From Basidiobolus meristosporus CBS 931.73 (Eukaryota > Fungi > Basidiobolomycota), in contig MCFE01000023.1 in the NCBI GenBank assembly GCA_002104905.1, forward strand, positions 124,001-188,000: 64,000 bases of DNA, written 5' to 3'. Positions within the stretch are counted from its first letter, which is position 1; each line of letters begins with the position of its first letter. Below are positions 11,402 through 23,676 of this stretch, in pieces. The notes beneath the pieces were generated by a model, which worked only from the letters and a program-made list of their open reading frames with translations, was not told where the DNA came from and ran no database searches. Made by a program: the position numbers and the translations under genes.

Positions 11402-13079
11402 ATGCGCCTACAGACGAGATCTTTTACCCACGCGACAAGTTGGCAAGCAGCGGGAAATACAACCGGAGCAGAGGAAAAAATCCAGCCCTATGACATGGTA
11501 AACACCTGCTAATTCTTGTTACTTCCCATTTGCTTTGCTCAAAAACGCTTCCAGGAACCTCAAACCAAAGCACTGTTCGATAATCTTATTACGGGGGATC
11601 GTCGTTCTCTAGCCAAAGCAATCACCTTAGGTTGTCTCGATTTTTAGAATGGCTCAAAAGCATCTGAAGCTAAATAAGTAGACAATGTTTAGTTGAATCC
11701 TCCAAAGAAGCCCACAAAAAGCAGGCACATCAACTACTAGCGAACGTAATGCTCCACAATAGCCAAATGAAAGACTCTAAAAGAACCTTTCGGATTGGCT
11801 TGAGTGGGCCGCCTGGAACTGGTAAATCGACTTTTATTGAAGCGTTCGGGATGTATTTACTTGATAAAGGAATGAAAGTCTCCGTTCTGGTAAGCTTTAC
11901 TTTGGATACCACATTTTGCGTTTGCCTTACCAGTTTACCCACAGGCGGTTGATCCTTCATCCACACGCACCGGTGGCTCAATATTAGGGGATAAAACAAG
12001 AATGGAGCAACTTTCTATCCAGAATAATGCTTACATCCGACCCACCCCCTCTAGAGGCTCATTAGGTAACCGTAAATCCCAGAGTCGGTATGGTTTAGAG
12101 AAGTATTGAAATCATGTCTGCAGGCGGAGTTGCTAGAAACACCAATGACGCTATTGTATTGTGCGAAGGTACAAGCTATACGTATTCTAATATATGAAGC
12201 ATATACTAAATGTTGATGAACACTCACAGCGAATGGATACGACATATGCTTAGTTGAAACGGTCGGGGTTGGCCAATCCGAGACCATGGTGGCCAATATG
12301 GTGGACATGTAAGCTTCTTTCGAGTTATTTGGCTGCGAATCCTCAAGTTAATCCAACTTTACAGGTTCGTGTTGTTGGTTCCTCCTGGAGGTAGGCACTT
12401 GTGGCAGTATCATAGCCGCACAGGTACTAAATCGTGATGACAAATAGGCGGGGATGAGCTTCAGGGAATGAAGCGAGGTATTATTGAGCTATCAGATCTC
12501 ATCATTGTTAACAAAGCAGATGGGGAGTTGAAGAATGCGGCCAAGTATGCTCAACTAGAATATAAGCGTGGCTTGGCATTTATTCAACCTTCGAGCCCCA
12601 ACTGGATGCCTAAGGTATGTATTGAGCACATTTCTGTGTGATCAATCAACTAACTTGGATCCATATTGATTAGACCACTCTTGTCTCTTCCCGAGAGAAG
12701 ACTGGCTTGGACAAAGCTTGGAAGTACATGACTGATTTCAAGAAGGCCATGGAGGTATGCATTATCTACGCGCGTTCGGGTATCTCACTCATTGACTCAA
12801 CTTTGGGCAGGATTCTGGTGAATTTGATCAAAAACGGGCTCAGCAACGTAAGAAATGGATGTGGAAAGAGGTCACCGAGTCCTTACTCCACCAGTAAGTA
12901 CATCGTTGTTTGGACTATATTGTGTAGGAAACTAACGCATCTTGGCCAGTCTTCATACAAACACCGAGGTGCAAGATTTGATAAAGGGAATAGAGGGTCA
13001 AGTGATCTCAGGACAATTGGCTTCAGGACAGGCAGCTGACAAAGTGCTAGAATGCTTTATGAAGAATGCGAAATTTTGA
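11402..13079 (+). CDS. MMAA: MMAA/MeaB/ArgK GTPase (methylmalonyl-CoA mutase B12 chaperone), many short exons
   Basis: Spliced motifs [89 protein letters not shown]-terminus resembles a mitochondrial presequence. Confidence 0.96.
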
Positions 13080-13380
13080 GTTTCCTTCAGCATTCCTCTA
13101 GTAAATAATATGTTGAGGCCATCCTCATCACCAATCTCTAATTGATTGGCTTTTTCTTGCATACTCTGACCTCACAATTAAACTGTCTATAGGTTTGTTT
13201 TCATTAAATGCACAAAATAAATCCCTCAATACGGCATTTTCCACACTCAACAAGTGTCAATCATTGGTTGAAGAATCAGAGATGCGCAGTGTTGATAAAT
13301 GCCCTGTTGTTGCGCAGTACTAGTACTAATACTAAAGCAACCGCCATTTGTGCCTGACTTCTTCTTTTGTTCTTTGAAGT

Positions 13381-15443
13381 ATGACTTCTAGACCAGGAAC
13401 CAATCGCACCTTAGCTAGCAGATCCTCTACCTCCCGCTTTGCCAACTCTGGGAACAAACCTTGGCAAAGGAGCGGCACCATAGGTGGTCAGGTAGCTCCC
13501 GAAGATGCCTCAAAGGTCTTTGAAAAAGTTACACAACAGGCTCGGGCTTCTGGTATGAACCCTTATGTTGTATTCTGTGTATGTTTGGATTATTGTTGAC
13601 TTTTGTTCAGGAATATTGAACCTGGCCGGGCGCTTCTTGGACCATATTCCTGACGAAGTATGGAATATGTACAATGTCGATCCCAAAAAAGTGGACTTGG
13701 ACTTCAATAATAGCGATAGGTGGTGGGAATCCGTTGAGTTAACCAAGTTTTTTGCAAACGATAATCTACTGAAAGAGCTTGACGCCAGAATTGGTCACTT
13801 CGAGGCGTTGACTGTGCTTGATGTAAGTATATGAGTATGCCGTTTGCTGTAGAGTGCCTCATCTAATATGTGCATATAAAAATCCCCATCAGCTACACAA
13901 CAACCAACTCAAGGAATTGCCAAACGAAATGAGCCAATTGAATCGTCTTTGTTTGCTCAACTTGGCTGGAAACGAACTTGAAGCCTTGCCCGAGTTTATA
14001 TTCGACCTCCCACTCGTTGAACTGCATCTACAGCGAAACAAGCTATCTAGCTCATTAGATGGCCTTGAAAGGCTCTCTAAACTGTCTATCCTAGACCTCT
14101 CGGATAATAGTATTGACAGCATTCCCGAGAATATTGGTCAACTCAAGTCATTGCGTAAACTTAACTTGACAAAAAACAAGTTGACCTCGTTGCCTACTAG
14201 TCTTAGCGATATAACATCTCTTTCGGAGCTTGAGGTGAAAGAAAATAGCCTCACTCAGATCTTCAACAAACCAGCAACCCTCTCAAAGTTGCTACGCTTG
14301 GACCTCTCTCGTAATAAGTTGACAGGCTTCATTGATGAACTGAACTTCCCTATACTGAAGGAACTTCTTTGTGCCGGAAATAATATCAAGTCACTCGGAA
14401 ATCTTCTTGTTGGTACTCCTGCATTACATATCTTGGATCTTCAGAACAACAGTCTAGATAGCTTCCCACCCAATCTCTTTGAGCTCAAGGAAATCAAAGT
14501 GCTTGATTTTCGTAACAACTACCTATCACAGCTGCCTTTAGAGCTATGTCACCTTACAACTCTTCAAACTGTATATTATGATGGAAACCCTCTGAAGAAC
14601 TTCCCTAGAGCGAAAAGCACCGCGGATCTTTTGCATACTCTGGAGATTCGACTTCTTGCTCAAGAACGGGCGCAGAACAAAACAGAAAAGAAGGATACGG
14701 TAGAAACTGCGCCCAGCAACGAATCACGACCAAAGGCCCTCAATGAAAAGCAAGTGATTGATAGAAATATTGAAACGCAAACCGCACCAAAGGCCAGTCC
14801 GACCCATAACACCCTTGTGTCTCGCCTTACTACACAACAGATTTCGGCACGTACGCTTGATCTCACGAAGAACTCCCTCACCAACCTTGAAGAATCGTCT
14901 ATAGCTGATCTGACATTTTCGCCCATTCACATCAAGTTGGACTTCAATGCTCTAACTACGGTTCCAACTGTTATCTTCAATTATTTCGAGACACTCACTA
15001 CTTTAACATTAACCCATAACAAAATTACGGAATTTCCTATTCCGTCACACACGCTACCTGCTCTTCGATCCTTGGATCTCTCACACAACCTCATCACATC
15101 AATTCCGTTAGAAACCGAGGCATTCCCTGCTCTGGCTGAGCTTTATCTGAACTTTAACCGAATCGCCGGTACGTTCCCGGCTAAACTCCCATTTCCCAAC
15201 CTCTCAATCCTTGAGGTGTCATCCAATAAGCTAGATGCATTTCAACCTGATGCTTTCCATGGGTTGGTCCAATTGGATCTATCGAACAACAATATAGCCA
15301 GAGTTCCGCCAGAACTTGGATTAATTGATACCATCACTAGATTACAATTGGAAGGGAATGTATTCCGCGTTCCTAGATATGAACTACTTCAAAAGGGTAC
15401 ACAGGAAATCATGTCATACCTCAAGTCGCGAGTAGCCAAATGA
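13381..15443 (+). CDS. LRRC40: Leucine-rich repeat protein, LRRC40-like, 3 exons
   Basis: QARASG|ILNLAGR..IPDEVW..D.WWESVELTKF N-terminus. Two LRR blocks. C-terminal cap L.GNVFRVPRYELLQKGT.EIMSYLKSR. Confidence 0.8.
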
Positions 15444-15786
15444 TGCAATATTCTAGCCTAACAAATACCATTAACCTCTAATCAAGTTGCCTTCACCATG
15501 AACCAACTCTGCTATTGCAAATTAACCACTATTCAACATAATCTATTCTGAAGAGAATAAAATCCAACAGAGATTCGATTAACCTGTTTGCTCTGGTAGC
15601 TCTGCACACAACTTTTATAGAATGGAGTATACCGGAACCATCCAAACACTTCATGGAAGGCAACAAATCATTCCCGAATTCCTGAACATGCCTTAACCAT
15701 TGAGAAAAAGAAAAAAATCCTTGGAGATTTATCATATACCACCTCTCCGGTTTCGACCAAACCTTTGCAGCAACAATCTACTCCCC

Positions 15787-16506
15787 ATGCCCAAAGTACG
15801 CAGAAACAGAACCCGTCTTCACACTCAAGCAGCAGCAACACCACATATCTCCGAGCGTGCATTTGCTGCTCAAGATAACCAGGTGCAAAAGCTAGCCGAT
15901 GCGTCAGAGGTCAGTTTAGAGACAAATCCTGACCCAACCTCACCGCCAACCATTCGAGCTAACTTTTGTGTATTCGTGTTTGGGGGATTTTAGAGCGATG
16001 GTCCCGGGGCTTTGAATAGTTCCAAAAAAGACAAAAGAAAGCAACGCCACGACAACTGGCTTTCAAGTAAGAGGAATGCTATGTCGAGGGAGACGACGGA
16101 TGGTGATTGATTTAATGCTTGGCTTCTAGAGCTTCACACAGCACACCAGGAGATGAGAAAGAGCAAAAAGAAGGACACCAGCTTGAACATGACCATGTTC
16201 AATGAAGCGCTACCCAAGGTCGAGGCGAACAAGAAAGGACAAGAACAGAAGCCAACCTCTCAAGAGAAGCTGGGCAAAAAACGGGTTGCTACCAAGAAAG
16301 GAAGAAAAAACACAGCGTGAGTTCGAGCATCCATCGATTCCTGTGGTTGGGGACCGTACTAAAGCTTGATTTCTAGTCTGCAAGAAATTGTTCGATTCCA
16401 AAACATCCTAAAGCATCCCGATTTTCAACAAAACCCGCTTCAAACCATCCAACAGCATGTGGCTAATACGGTTGAAACTCGTACCACCAATGAAGAGCAG
16501 TCTTGA
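15787..16506 (+). CDS. SLX9: Ribosome biogenesis protein Slx9/FAM207-like, 4 exons
   Basis: MPKVRRNRTRLH, KKDKRKQRHDNWL, and C-terminal LQEIVRFQNILKHPDFQQNPLQTIQQHVANT. Introns splice in frame. Confidence 0.85.
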
Positions 16507-16951
16507 TCCGATTCGACTAATCCCAGCGCACTCGTGCATGTGTCTCCACTATCCGTTCTCCATTATCCATTATCCATTATCCATCATCCCTTTCCCAATC
16601 CTCGCCCCATAGATTAGCTGAGTGTGCTGGAAATAAATCATCAGTAATGTACAAAACACCCAAATTAATTTGATTTAATCCTCAACAGAGTAGCATTTAC
16701 TGTATGATCGATTTGATTGAATATACAGGTGCTGATCTTGCCTACCAATCATGGGGATTCCCTGTTGAAAGGTTCCCCTGTGTAATTGAAGAGTGGTTGG
16801 ATTTAAAGCTCACATGACGAATCGTTTAAAACGCTTCAAGGCGTCCTCGATGAGATCAATTTAATCGACTGATTACCACTTCGTACATTAACCGAAACAC
16901 ATCACTCTAGCATTCTTCCTCAATCATAGGTTGTTCGCGTTTTGGCCAAGA

Positions 16952-19025
16952 ATGGAAGCTCCTAACACACCAGACTCGAAAGGAACAGTGGACCGTACAC
17001 TTATCGCGCCCAAGAGCAAACGGAGAAGTGATGTGTGGGACCATTTCTATTTGGCAAGAGAGGGGAGATACCAGTGTCGTTACTGCACGAACACCTTCTC
17101 CAAATTAACTGCTACCACGCCGCTGAGATATCATTTGAGGTCACAGCACGCGTCCGTGCTTGGGGATAGGTTCAAGGCAAGCGCCAACCACCCAGGCTCT
17201 CTTTCCCCGAGCCTGTTGAGCCAATACCCTCCAATAAATAGTCTGAATCCCGCACTGTTGCCAGGACGTAACTCCGCCTCTTTACCGCAGCAGCTTCAGC
17301 ATCCCCAACTAAATACCACCTCCGCACAGCTTGGCCAGAGCACCAATTTTCTGCCGAACTCGCCCCAAAGCGTGGAGACCCTAAAAAACGAGCTTCTCCA
17401 AACGAATCCGCCTCTCAAGGAGTACGGGGCTCTGCCGAAAGATTGGCAGGATTCCTTGCTAGACTGGTTGATCAGCGACCTTCAACCCTTCGAGGTTGTG
17501 GAGCGTCCGTCGTTTGTCAACTTCATTGGCAAGATTTGCCAAAGCTGCGTTCTTCCGGACCCGGAGAAACTTGAGCAACTGGCCTTCCATCGATTCCAGA
17601 AGGAGAAGGGGCAGTTCAAGACGAAAATTACACGAGGAGGCATCCAAGGTTGCATTATCGGTAGATTTGTGGACCTCCAGTGACCTAAGAACGTACCTGG
17701 CTCTCTCCATCCAGTATATCGACAACGAATGGGACGTGAAGTCCTACTTCTTGGACGTCAAGGATTACGATGCGAGTAGTGATGGGAACCAGATCGCCGC
17801 CATAGTCTACAACGTACTCATTGACTACAACCTTGCAGGAAAGGTGATTGCGATCACTTCAGATAACGCACCCAACCTGATGGCCGGTAAGTGAGATCGA
17901 TGCAGCCAGTATTTCTGCTCCATGCCACGAGCTAAACGAACCCGTTTTACAGGAATGCCCGTTCTAACCTCGATACTCCAAGAGAAGATGGTGGAGCTCA
18001 AGTTCTACCCATGCTCCACCAAGATCCTGAACCTTGTGGTGCAAGAGGGCTTGAAGAACGAAAATGCGGTCGTCAGCAAAGTTCGGACGGTCATTACATA
18101 CATCAAGAACTCTCCCGAGATCTACTCGCAGTTGATGGAGTTGCAAAGGAATGCCTCCAGGCCTCAACAGCCGCTGGAGCTCGACAACCCGGTCCAATGG
18201 AACTCCACATTCACCATGTTGAAAGGCTTCCTGAGTCACCAGGATGTGATCCAAACCATCCTCAAGCAAAACGCCGACCTGAAAGACCACATGAATGTCA
18301 GTGACTGGGAGCGGATCAAGCAGTACACAGCTCTTCTCCAGCCATTCAACCAGGCAGCTGAGATCCTGACCACCCCGTGCCAATGCACCCTGGGCAAGGT
18401 ATACACGATCTTCCATGGGCTGGCGTCAATTCTACGGGACGTTCCATCCAAGCTTCCCTTGGTTTCGGTGGACACCATCAACTCGATGCTTCAGACTCTC
18501 CTTGAGTATTGGAGTTGGAACGACTTCAGCTCTCTGCAGTTCATCCCGGTCGTACTGGACCCCCGAGTCAAGTTGGAGTACTTCTCGGACGATGTCAACA
18601 TCGAACACGTGAAGGAATGCCTGGTGTCGATCATCGAGATCTACAGCCTGTCGGGGATTGGACCGGCGCACCCATCCTCGAAGCACGAACCAGAGACCAA
18701 TTCTCTGAATCTCAACAATTACATTGCTCGGCCGTTGAAACGTGGCCGGATCTATTCGGACTCGAACGAGCTAGGGATGTACTTTGCCAGCCCGGTGGTT
18801 CCACCCGATTCCAACGCACTGGAGTGGTGGAAGACCAACCAAGCCTCCTACCCGATACTCTCCAAAATCGCCCGGGATTTCCTGAGCATCTCCGCCATGG
18901 TGCCGCAGCCCGACCAGATTTTCAGCCCCTCCGGCGAGAATTACTCGAGAATCCTGGCGAGGCTGGACCAATCAGAGGTTGCCCGGTCCGCACTGTGTTT
19001 GAGCTCGTGGACACGCTCCATATAA
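16952..19025 (+). mobile_element. hAT-superfamily transposase-derived gene (zf-BED, RNaseH-like core, hAT dimerisation domain); one intron (17887-17952), one apparent +1 frame break near 17624-17627
   Basis: BED finger VWDHF..CRYC..HLRSQH. Core motifs DLQPFEVVERPSF, SVDLWTS, ITSDNA, WNST, LDPRVKL, LEWWKTNQASYPILSKIARDFL. No TIR or TSD found by eye. Confidence 0.9.
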
Positions 19026-19201
19026 TGGATTGTTTATAGACTTCATGACTTCATGGATCCACATTATTGTACAGGGGATGGATTTTCATTTTATCAATTT
19101 AGATTCTAACCAAATAAACGCTGTTAATTTACAAGGTTGCTGCCGCTATTACCACCACCACCACTAATACTACTGACGCACTATAGATGCTACGTGGACG
19201 G

Positions 19202-20752
19202 TCAATACTGGTCCTCTATCACTTTTCTAAGAAGGTTCACCATTGCCTGGTACGTTCCGATACAGCAGCAGAGCACGCCCACGAGAACGATGACCCCAGA
19301 CCAGGCGAGTTTCGCGGAGCTTGCATTCCTCAAACCGAAGAGTTTCAGATTGAAGAGCACAGGTAAGACAAAGATCAGCATGGAGTTGGAGATCGCCCCC
19401 AGGAGCGTCATCACATCCGAGAAGAAATGCAGTTTGATGGCGATCACTGCGGCGGAGGCGAGAAGCGCAGTACGGAACAAGGCGCGGTAGAGTAGCTCTC
19501 TTGCTGGCGACAGATACGCGATGTCGATCTTGAGCCTGGTTTCCGCCTCGAGTGACAGCGAGGCGAGAAGGATCGGGTTGGTCAGGAGTACGTGTGCGGT
19601 GATCACTGCCACCGCAAGAGTCAAATACGCTCCGGGCGGCAGGTTAAGTAATATGGGGGATTGGGTCCGTTGTCCATATACGTAGTAGCCAACAATGGCG
19701 GTAGCAATATACATCCCGGCGACGGTGATTATGGAGTAGCCATAGACCTTTGGCCAGGCTTTGCGATCCTTCATGCTATGCTCGACATGTGGGAAAACGC
19801 AGTTCCCGCCAAACGAAAAGCCAATCGCGGCGAGTACGGAGGGGAATGCTCCGATGTTGGCGAAGGTATGGGTGGTCGATAGATTGTTGGGCAGATCAAT
19901 AATCCCAAGGACAATGATCACCACCACCATGATCACAGTAGAGAAGGCACCGAAGAAGCTGAGAACTGCCACCTCCTTCAATGTCTTCATAAACACAAAG
20001 AATGGCCAGGTAAGCATGGCGCACACAACGACCCTAGTTTGAGAACACGTTGGGTGAATGCGGCAAGAATGGGGCATAAGGGTGGGCTCTTACCAAGTGG
20101 CTTCGTTCCAGCTCGGAAGGAAAGAGTTGCAAAGCACCTTGAGATTTTCCGCCGCCAATATCAGAAAAAGAGCCGAGGACCCGAACAGGATTGTCCACGT
20201 AAAGAAGATCACTACGTTCTTCCCGATGGTGCCAAATGCGGCTTCGCCAATCTCGGATAAGTCGCTCAAGCGAACGCTACACAATAGGAGATGTTGGGAC
20301 TGTGTTCGCACGGGATTATCATAGAGTGCGGCGCATACCTATCCACATAGAGGCACTTGATCAAGATATTTCCGGTATAGTAGACAATCACGGCACAGAG
20401 CAAAATGCTGAATACGCCGATCCAGCCTCCTTCCTGAAGACAAAGTGGAAGCTGAAGGATACCTGTTCCGGCCATGATACAACTGCAGGGAGTAAGTAAG
20501 GTGCCGAGAAGTGCTGTATATTCCATGTATGGAGTAGCTTACACCAAGTTGAAATATGCCCCGACATTCGAGCCGTGGCTCCCTTCATCAAACAGCTCGT
20601 GCTCGGAAATGGTCGATTTCCTTGTTGCTTCCAAGGAAAAGCCAGTTAGCTTACGTGATAGCATCGAGTTGGTACTTCGAATACTTACTGCTGATTGGAA
20701 CCACGCTATGGTAGGATATCGGCGGGGTTGCGTTTATCGGGGTTTGGTCCAT
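19202..20752 (-). CDS. Amino-acid transporter, AAAP/Aa_trans family (Avt1-like), 4 exons
   Basis: AYFNLV|CIMAGTGILQLP, FSFGGNCVFPHVEHSMK, GYYVYG, PFF-like FFSDVMTLLGA. Multiple transmembrane segments. Confidence 0.93.
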
Positions 20753-21466
20753 GTTGAAGTAGAAACGGCGCTACCGAGAAGTATTGAAAGGGACTCGAGG
20801 GTCGGGCGGTGAAGCAAATTATAGTTGAAAGAAAATAGACAACGCTAGGCCTGAGAAACACTAGTCATTTAAGTAATGGTGTACAACCGAGTGGCTGTCA
20901 ATCAATTGGGCGAAGAATTACATGGCATGAGAAATGGGCGAAGTAAAGTAACATATCCCAAGTGTGGGTGCACATGACCCAATCAAAGAGAAAACACTAG
21001 CAAACATTGGCTCGATATAATTGAATCAAGAGCTTATATAACCAATTCAGAAACAGTACTCATATTGACTGCCCTTTCCCGAGTCGAGGTGATTGGCCAA
21101 CCATCGAAGTCCATCCAGCTGCGTGTAAGTGATCTCTGGCCATGTGTACAGAATAACACTCATCGAGCTCTGGCCAACCTGAATGTACATCAGGTTGCCA
21201 ACGCTCCTTTGATACACAACACACACATATTCTTTGGACGGGTCTCGAAAAAGCTGAACACATGTCACATTACTGTGCATCTGGAATGACGAGGTAGAAT
21301 GTTACGTTCCATCAAACAATCTACGTAAATCTGTCCAAATCCGACTTAATATGAATCACTGGACTGAAACCATTCATTTATAGAAGCCCGTGAAACCATT
21401 AAAAGGTGGAAATCTACTGGGAAATCTCCACTTACAACTAGCATTGATTATTATTCAACCTCAACG

Positions 21467-22175
21467 ATGGAATCCATGTAAGTGGTCTGCAAAGTTGCCC
21501 TTGGCTACCCAGGTGCAGAGAGCTCTAACCATTCCGAAGCCCTTACACGTTAGTGGTCGCTCTGGATTCAGGTGAACTTTCAAGAAAGACAGCAAACTAT
21601 GCCATCGATTTGGTCACCCGCTTGGCGTGCCCATACAAGCTCTATTTCATACACGCAATTGGTCTGAACCCAGCTCAAAGTCTACCTTTTTTGTAAGCAA
21701 CAACCTTTACGCTTGCGCATAATACGACCGGGAGAGTGACTTCTTTCTTAGGGATGATCTGGACAAGGCCAACAACTACGATATCGAGGAAAAGGGCGAA
21801 AGAGTGGTTGCAGAAAATCTCAAATGGCTCGAGCAATACAAGAATAAGGTAGATATACTCGGTTCGCCTGACGGAAGGTAGGTCAACTGCTAACCTGGAA
21901 ATCGAACAGGTCCAATATGAGTGGGTTACTCTAAAGGAGGCTGGAGAGTGCGGGGTGATAATCGAGAAATACATCAATTCCTTACCTCATGTGGACATCG
22001 TGATCACCGGGACTCGTAATTATGAAGGGGTGAAAAAGTACTGATTGCACTGAACACTCTCATTGTGATTGGATCTTGACTAACCAGCACTCCCCTTAGG
22101 TTCATCATGGGCTCGCTCAGTGAATACTTGGTTCACCATATCAAATACCCAGTGGTTGTCATCAAAAGCACTTAA
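21467..22175 (+). CDS. Universal stress protein (UspA domain), 5 exons
   Basis: Spliced by eye: TLVVALDSGELS..ANYAI..LYFIH; DIVITGTRNYEGVKK|FIMGSLSEYLVHHIKYPVVVIK. Confidence 0.88.
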
Positions 22176-22299
22176 CAATCCTCATGTATAATTACTATGT
22201 TGGCACAGAAATTGCATTTATTAAAATGAAATGGCAGTTGTTGAATTTTGGAAATTTTTATAAGCAGAAACGTGGAGAAAGAAAGAGGAGAAAGGGTGC

Positions 22300-23339
22300 T
22301 TAGATCCTTTTGGGCTGGACAACGATTTTACTAGGTCTACCGTACTTCTTCAACACTCTATCCTCAATATCGTCAAGGTTCCATTCGTGTTGAATCAACT
22401 CCAGGTTTTCCTTCTCTGCTAGGAAAAGCTTGTTGAAGTCTTGGGGCTGTCCAGTTGGCGTCATGTTCATTCCGCCCATCGCTTGCATATCCTTCATACC
22501 ATCAGCAGCTATGTATTGTATCAATGGTAAATATCGAGGTGGCGGGTTCTTTAGCTAGGCTGGGAATTACCGTTATCTTCTCCCAAGATCAGGGTGTAAA
22601 CTCCACGCAGACCAAACAAGTTCAGGAAATACCAAGAGAGTGAGGACACCCATACAACATCCATATCAGCGGTTTCCACGCCTCTTTGCAGCATACTTTT
22701 AAATCTTAGAGTGAGAGGGAAGGGAAGACGAACTACAGTTCGCAATATCTTAGTAAAGGGCGGTTACACATTTCAATGAACTCTTGTTTCGTACCCAAAA
22801 CGAAGCCAGAAAAGAAATAATTGATCCAACCCATAATGATGGTCTGTGGGATGATCATGGCCATATTCTTCTTCATTCCATCCATCATCATCTCCATACC
22901 AGCTGGATCTGCCATAGGGTTTGGAGTACCGGAGTTCACTGCTCCTGGGTTCTTCAAATAAGCACCCGACTCGTATGCAGTGGTAAGGAATGTACGACGG
23001 TTGAGGAAAGCTTGTTGAGGAATGTAGTTGGCTGCATTACGAAGAATGGCACCGCGCATCAAAGCTTTGCTAAATCACATAAACGAAAAAGTTCATAAAT
23101 GAAAAGGAGATATGAGCGTCGACGACGTAGAACAGGTACTTTTCTCTTATCGCCTTGAGATCAGGCTTCTTTGGCTCTCCAGCAAGTAGGAGGGTTACTT
23201 GGTGTCTCAAGACACCAACCAGAATCATCACAAACATAATGGGGATTAAGACCCAGTCACGAATAGCTGTTGTTCACGCTTAGAAAGTTGCCCGTGGAAA
23301 GATAGATGTCTGGTGAGGTTTACCTGAGTCCAAGTACAT
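22300..23339 (-). CDS. EMC3: ER membrane protein complex subunit 3
   Basis: LDS|[82 protein letters not shown]. Confidence 0.97.
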
Positions 23340-23676
23340 GGCTTGTCTGTTTTTCAAGACACGAAGCGTAGCGGAAAAAAGAAGAATATGGTTTAGGTCA
23401 AAATGCCTACAGGTTGCGAATAGAAGACATATGCTACCTTTCGAGATTGTTACTCATCTTGTTTGAAAGAACAAAAGGGGAAGGCCACGAAGTCTTGGAA
23501 ATTTCAGACGCAATAGTCAAGTAAATCTCAAATGTATCCCGAGATCGAATAATTTTCGACCATTGGCGAGCATTATCATATAGAGGTTGGATGACATTGA
23601 ATTGATTTTTGATATTCATTCCCTCAATCCATTCCCTCGACGGCAGGATTAATATTCACTCTCGTTTGCAGTAGTC

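Noticed and set aside
16250-16320. Suspected frameshift in SLX9 and in the RING gene exon near 50960
   Set aside because: Recounting the homopolymer runs shows both are in frame.
16556-16590. Short CCATTAT microsatellite (also CAACCCA/CAACTCG runs at about 40845-40870)
   Set aside because: Three to four copies of ordinary simple repeats.
17459-19039. Long alternative-frame and antisense ORFs over the hAT gene (also over RPL34, RPS19, the transporter and GET3)
   Set aside because: These are shadow ORFs caused by GC-rich codon usage. None has recognisable motifs.
16745-19080. CCCCTG (about 16775) and CAGGGG (about 19072) as hAT terminal inverted repeats
   Set aside because: They are very short, in the wrong orientation for hAT ends, and have no 8-bp TSD.
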